A DNA stretch of 63,360 nt, filler included. It is 6 parts of 6 records of this genome, joined end to end, with 100 filler letters (N's around TTAATTAATTAA, not from the genome) between each part and the next. Parts side by side here need not be neighbours in the genome. Positions count along the whole stretch, not along the records: positions 57,272 to 63,360 come from SRR20825010_759; 5 more parts are not named here. The stretch is one strand, 5' to 3'. Under the pieces are notes generated by a model. The model searched no databases. It had not been told where the DNA came from and was given only the letters and a program-made list of their open reading frames with translations. The position numbers and the translations under genes were made by a program. Below, in pieces: positions 61,192-63,360 of this stretch. The first letter of the stretch is position 1; each line of letters starts with the position of its first letter.

Positions 61192-63312
61192 ATGGCAATA
61201 TTAGAGAATATTAGAAAACGGACAACAGTTCTTATTCTAATTATTGGTTTGGCGTTGTTCGCGTTCGTAATATCCGGAGTATTCAGCAGTAACAATTTTG
61301 CTGGTGGAAAAGTGGGCTCCTCGGTCGCAGAAGTAAATGGGGAAAATATTCCAATAGAAGAGTTTAGGTCTCAGGTTGAAACAGCATCCAGAAGATACGG
61401 ACCATCTGTTACCTCCACCCAATTGGTAAACATGGTATATGATCAAGAAATCAGAAAGGCCATCTTGAACCAACAGTTCGAAGATTTGGGCATTGATGTG
61501 GAAAGCGACCAAATCGTGGATTTTGTGAGAACATCAGGCTATGCACAGATTCCTGATTTTCAGGATGAAAATGGAGTGTTCAACGAACAGGTATTCAAAA
61601 GTGCCATTGCTGATTGGAGAGCAAATGATCCTTTGCGTTACGATGCTTGGTTGCAGGATGAAGAATCCATAATTCAAGCTGCCAAGGAGCGTATGTATTT
61701 CAACTTGGTAAAAGGTGGGGTTACTGCTACCTTGACAGAAGGCCAGTTGAACTATAATATGGCAAATGACAAAGTGGATATGCAATACGTTCGTATTCCT
61801 TACACCTCCATTCCAGATAGCACTATCGAAGTTTCCAAAAGTGATATCCAATCTTATATCGACGAACACAAAGCTTTGTTCAAACAGGATAAGGCACGTG
61901 ATATTCGTTTTGTTTATTTTGAAGAAAAGCCATCTGCCGAAGATGAAAACAGTGTTAAGACCGCAATAACTGCTCTCTTGGATAACTCTGTGGAATATTC
62001 AGAAGCAAAGGATGCCAACGATACCATTCTTGGATTCAGAACTACAACGGATATGGCCGCTTTCTTGGACAGACATTCCGATGCGAAGTTTGATACCATT
62101 TACAAGGCCAAAAAAGACCTTCCTTCTGTAGTTGCCGACACTTTGATGGCAATGAGCGTTGGGGAAGTATACGGTCCATATAAAGATGGAAATGCTTATA
62201 AAGTATCCAAAGTAATGGACAGAAAAGAAAATGGAACTGCAAAGGCAAGTCACATTTTGATTACATGGGAAGGAGCAGAGCGTGCCAACCCATCCATTAC
62301 CAGAACCAAGGAGGAAGCAGAAGCCGAAGCAAAAAGACTTTTGGCAGAAGCTAAAAAAGAAGATGTACTCTTTACAACTTTGGCAAGGGAGAATTCAGAT
62401 GGACCATCAGCCCCACGTGGAGGTGACCTCGGATATTTCCAAGAAGGAGTAATGGCCGACGAGTTCAATGATTTCTGTTTTGGAAACCCGACAGGGACCA
62501 TTGGTTTGGTGGAAACCCAATTTGGTTACCACGTAATCAAAGTTGACGATAAGCAAGATGTGATTCAGGTAGCAACATTGTCGAGAGAGATAGAGCCATC
62601 AGAAGAGACCATCAATACCTTGTTCACCGATGCCACCAAGTATGAAATGGCAGTTATGGATGCAGAACCAGAGAACTTTGGGGATATTGCAAGGGAAAGT
62701 AGCTACACCGTTCGTCCAGTAAACAAAATCAAGGAAATGGAAGAGAACCTTCCGGGTCTTGGTTCACAGCGCAGTATTGTACAGTGGGCATTTAACGACG
62801 ATACCAGTGTTGGCGATATCAAACGCTTTAACGTAAACAATGGTTATGCCGTGGTACAATTGACGAAGAAATATAAGAAAGGACTTATGGCACCTGAGGA
62901 TGCTTCAGCAACTGCGTTGCCAGCCATTAGAAAGGAGCGTAAAGCAGAACAGATAATTGCTGCCAATAAAGGTAAAGCAATGGACGCTATAGCTTCGGAC
63001 AATGGTGTAAGCCTAAGTACTGCATCTGCAGTTACATTGTCCTCGCCAACGTTGCCAGGGGCAGGGAGAGAGCCATTTGTTGTTGGAAAGGCCTTTGCCA
63101 TGGAGAAAGGCCAAACTTCTGATTTGCTTGAGGGAAGTACTGGTGTTTACATGATCAAAGTGACCAATAAAACTGAAGCAGCCGATGTGGAGAATTACAG
63201 CACCTATGCGCAAAATCTACAAACAAGTGCTGCTGCCCGAGTAAATGGGGCAGTGTACAATGCTTTAAAAGATAAGGCAGAGATAGAAGATAAAAGAGCG
63301 ACATTCTACTAG
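61192..63312 (+). CDS. PpiD/SurA-like peptidyl-prolyl isomerase
   Basis: MAILENIR, TM helix, SurA_N domain, parvulin motifs KASHILI, GGDLG, VETQFGYHVI. Confidence 0.9.
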   Translation: MAILENIRKRTTVLILIIGLALFAFVISGVFSSNNFAGGKVGSSVAEVNGENIPIEEFRSQVETASRRYGPSVTSTQLVNMVYDQEIRKAILNQQFEDLGIDVESDQIVDFVRTSGYAQIPDFQDENGVFNEQVFKSAIADWRANDPLRYDAWLQDEESIIQAAKERMYFNLVKGGVTATLTEGQLNYNMANDKVDMQYVRIPYTSIPDSTIEVSKSDIQSYIDEHKALFKQDKARDIRFVYFEEKPSAEDENSVKTAITALLDNSVEYSEAKDANDTILGFRTTTDMAAFLDRHSDAKFDTIYKAKKDLPSVVADTLMAMSVGEVYGPYKDGNAYKVSKVMDRKENGTAKASHILITWEGAERANPSITRTKEEAEAEAKRLLAEAKKEDVLFTTLARENSDGPSAPRGGDLGYFQEGVMADEFNDFCFGNPTGTIGLVETQFGYHVIKVDDKQDVIQVATLSREIEPSEETINTLFTDATKYEMAVMDAEPENFGDIARESSYTVRPVNKIKEMEENLPGLGSQRSIVQWAFNDDTSVGDIKRFNVNNGYAVVQLTKKYKKGLMAPEDASATALPAIRKERKAEQIIAANKGKAMDAIASDNGVSLSTASAVTLSSPTLPGAGREPFVVGKAFAMEKGQTSDLLEGSTGVYMIKVTNKTEAADVENYSTYAQNLQTSAAARVNGAVYNALKDKAEIEDKRATFY

Positions 63313-63332
63313 GATTTAGCTAAAGATGATAT

Positions 63333-63360
63333 AAAAAAGCCTCCCGATCGGGAGGCTTTT
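63333..63360 (+). terminator. Intrinsic terminator
   Basis: Perfect palindrome AAAAGCCTCCCGATCGGGAGGCTTTT. Confidence 0.85.

Overview
This window is not one locus. It is six contigs joined by artificial 100-nt linkers (44 N + TTAATTAATTAA + 44 N). Taxonomy below is inferred from gene content, protein sequences and composition. (1) 1-10005, Marinobacter-like: nth, chalcone-isomerase-like gene, and the eno-ftsB-ispD-ispF-truD-surE-pcm-DUF368-nlpD-rpoS cluster. (2) 10106-27967, Marinobacter-like: hflXKC-hisZ-purA, srkA-cmoAB, lhgO-like, comF/bioBFHCD, an SprA-related gene pair, and an acyl-CoA dehydrogenase. (3) 28068-43258, betaproteobacterial (Limnobacter-like): a copper cluster, lipid-catabolism genes, yegP, and an AcrR-controlled RND pump. 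(4) 43359-48019, alphaproteobacterial: a split xdhC / mocA-fusion / SufU-like / DUF1289 operon, a cell wall hydrolase and PadR. (5) 48120-57171, Flavobacteriaceae: lpdA, aroQ, three PorT-like beta-barrels, xerD, rny, 6S RNA, zapA/zapB-like and an M23 peptidase. (6) 57272-63360, a second Flavobacteriaceae: TPR protein, lptC, CNNM/hemolysin-family protein and a PpiD-like protein. Most genes are housekeeping. The best lead is an exported Cys/His/Met-rich leader ORF ending in DRPP, whose last codons base-pair with the Shine-Dalgarno of the downstream copper operon. This suggests a copper-sensing ribosome-stalling switch resembling CutF/CruR. Other leads are a two-copy REPIN-like element with an embedded bidirectional terminator and compensatory substitutions, an in-frame TGA inside an otherwise intact PorT-like gene, and several recognisable operators (BirA, PsrA, AcrR, putative PadR).
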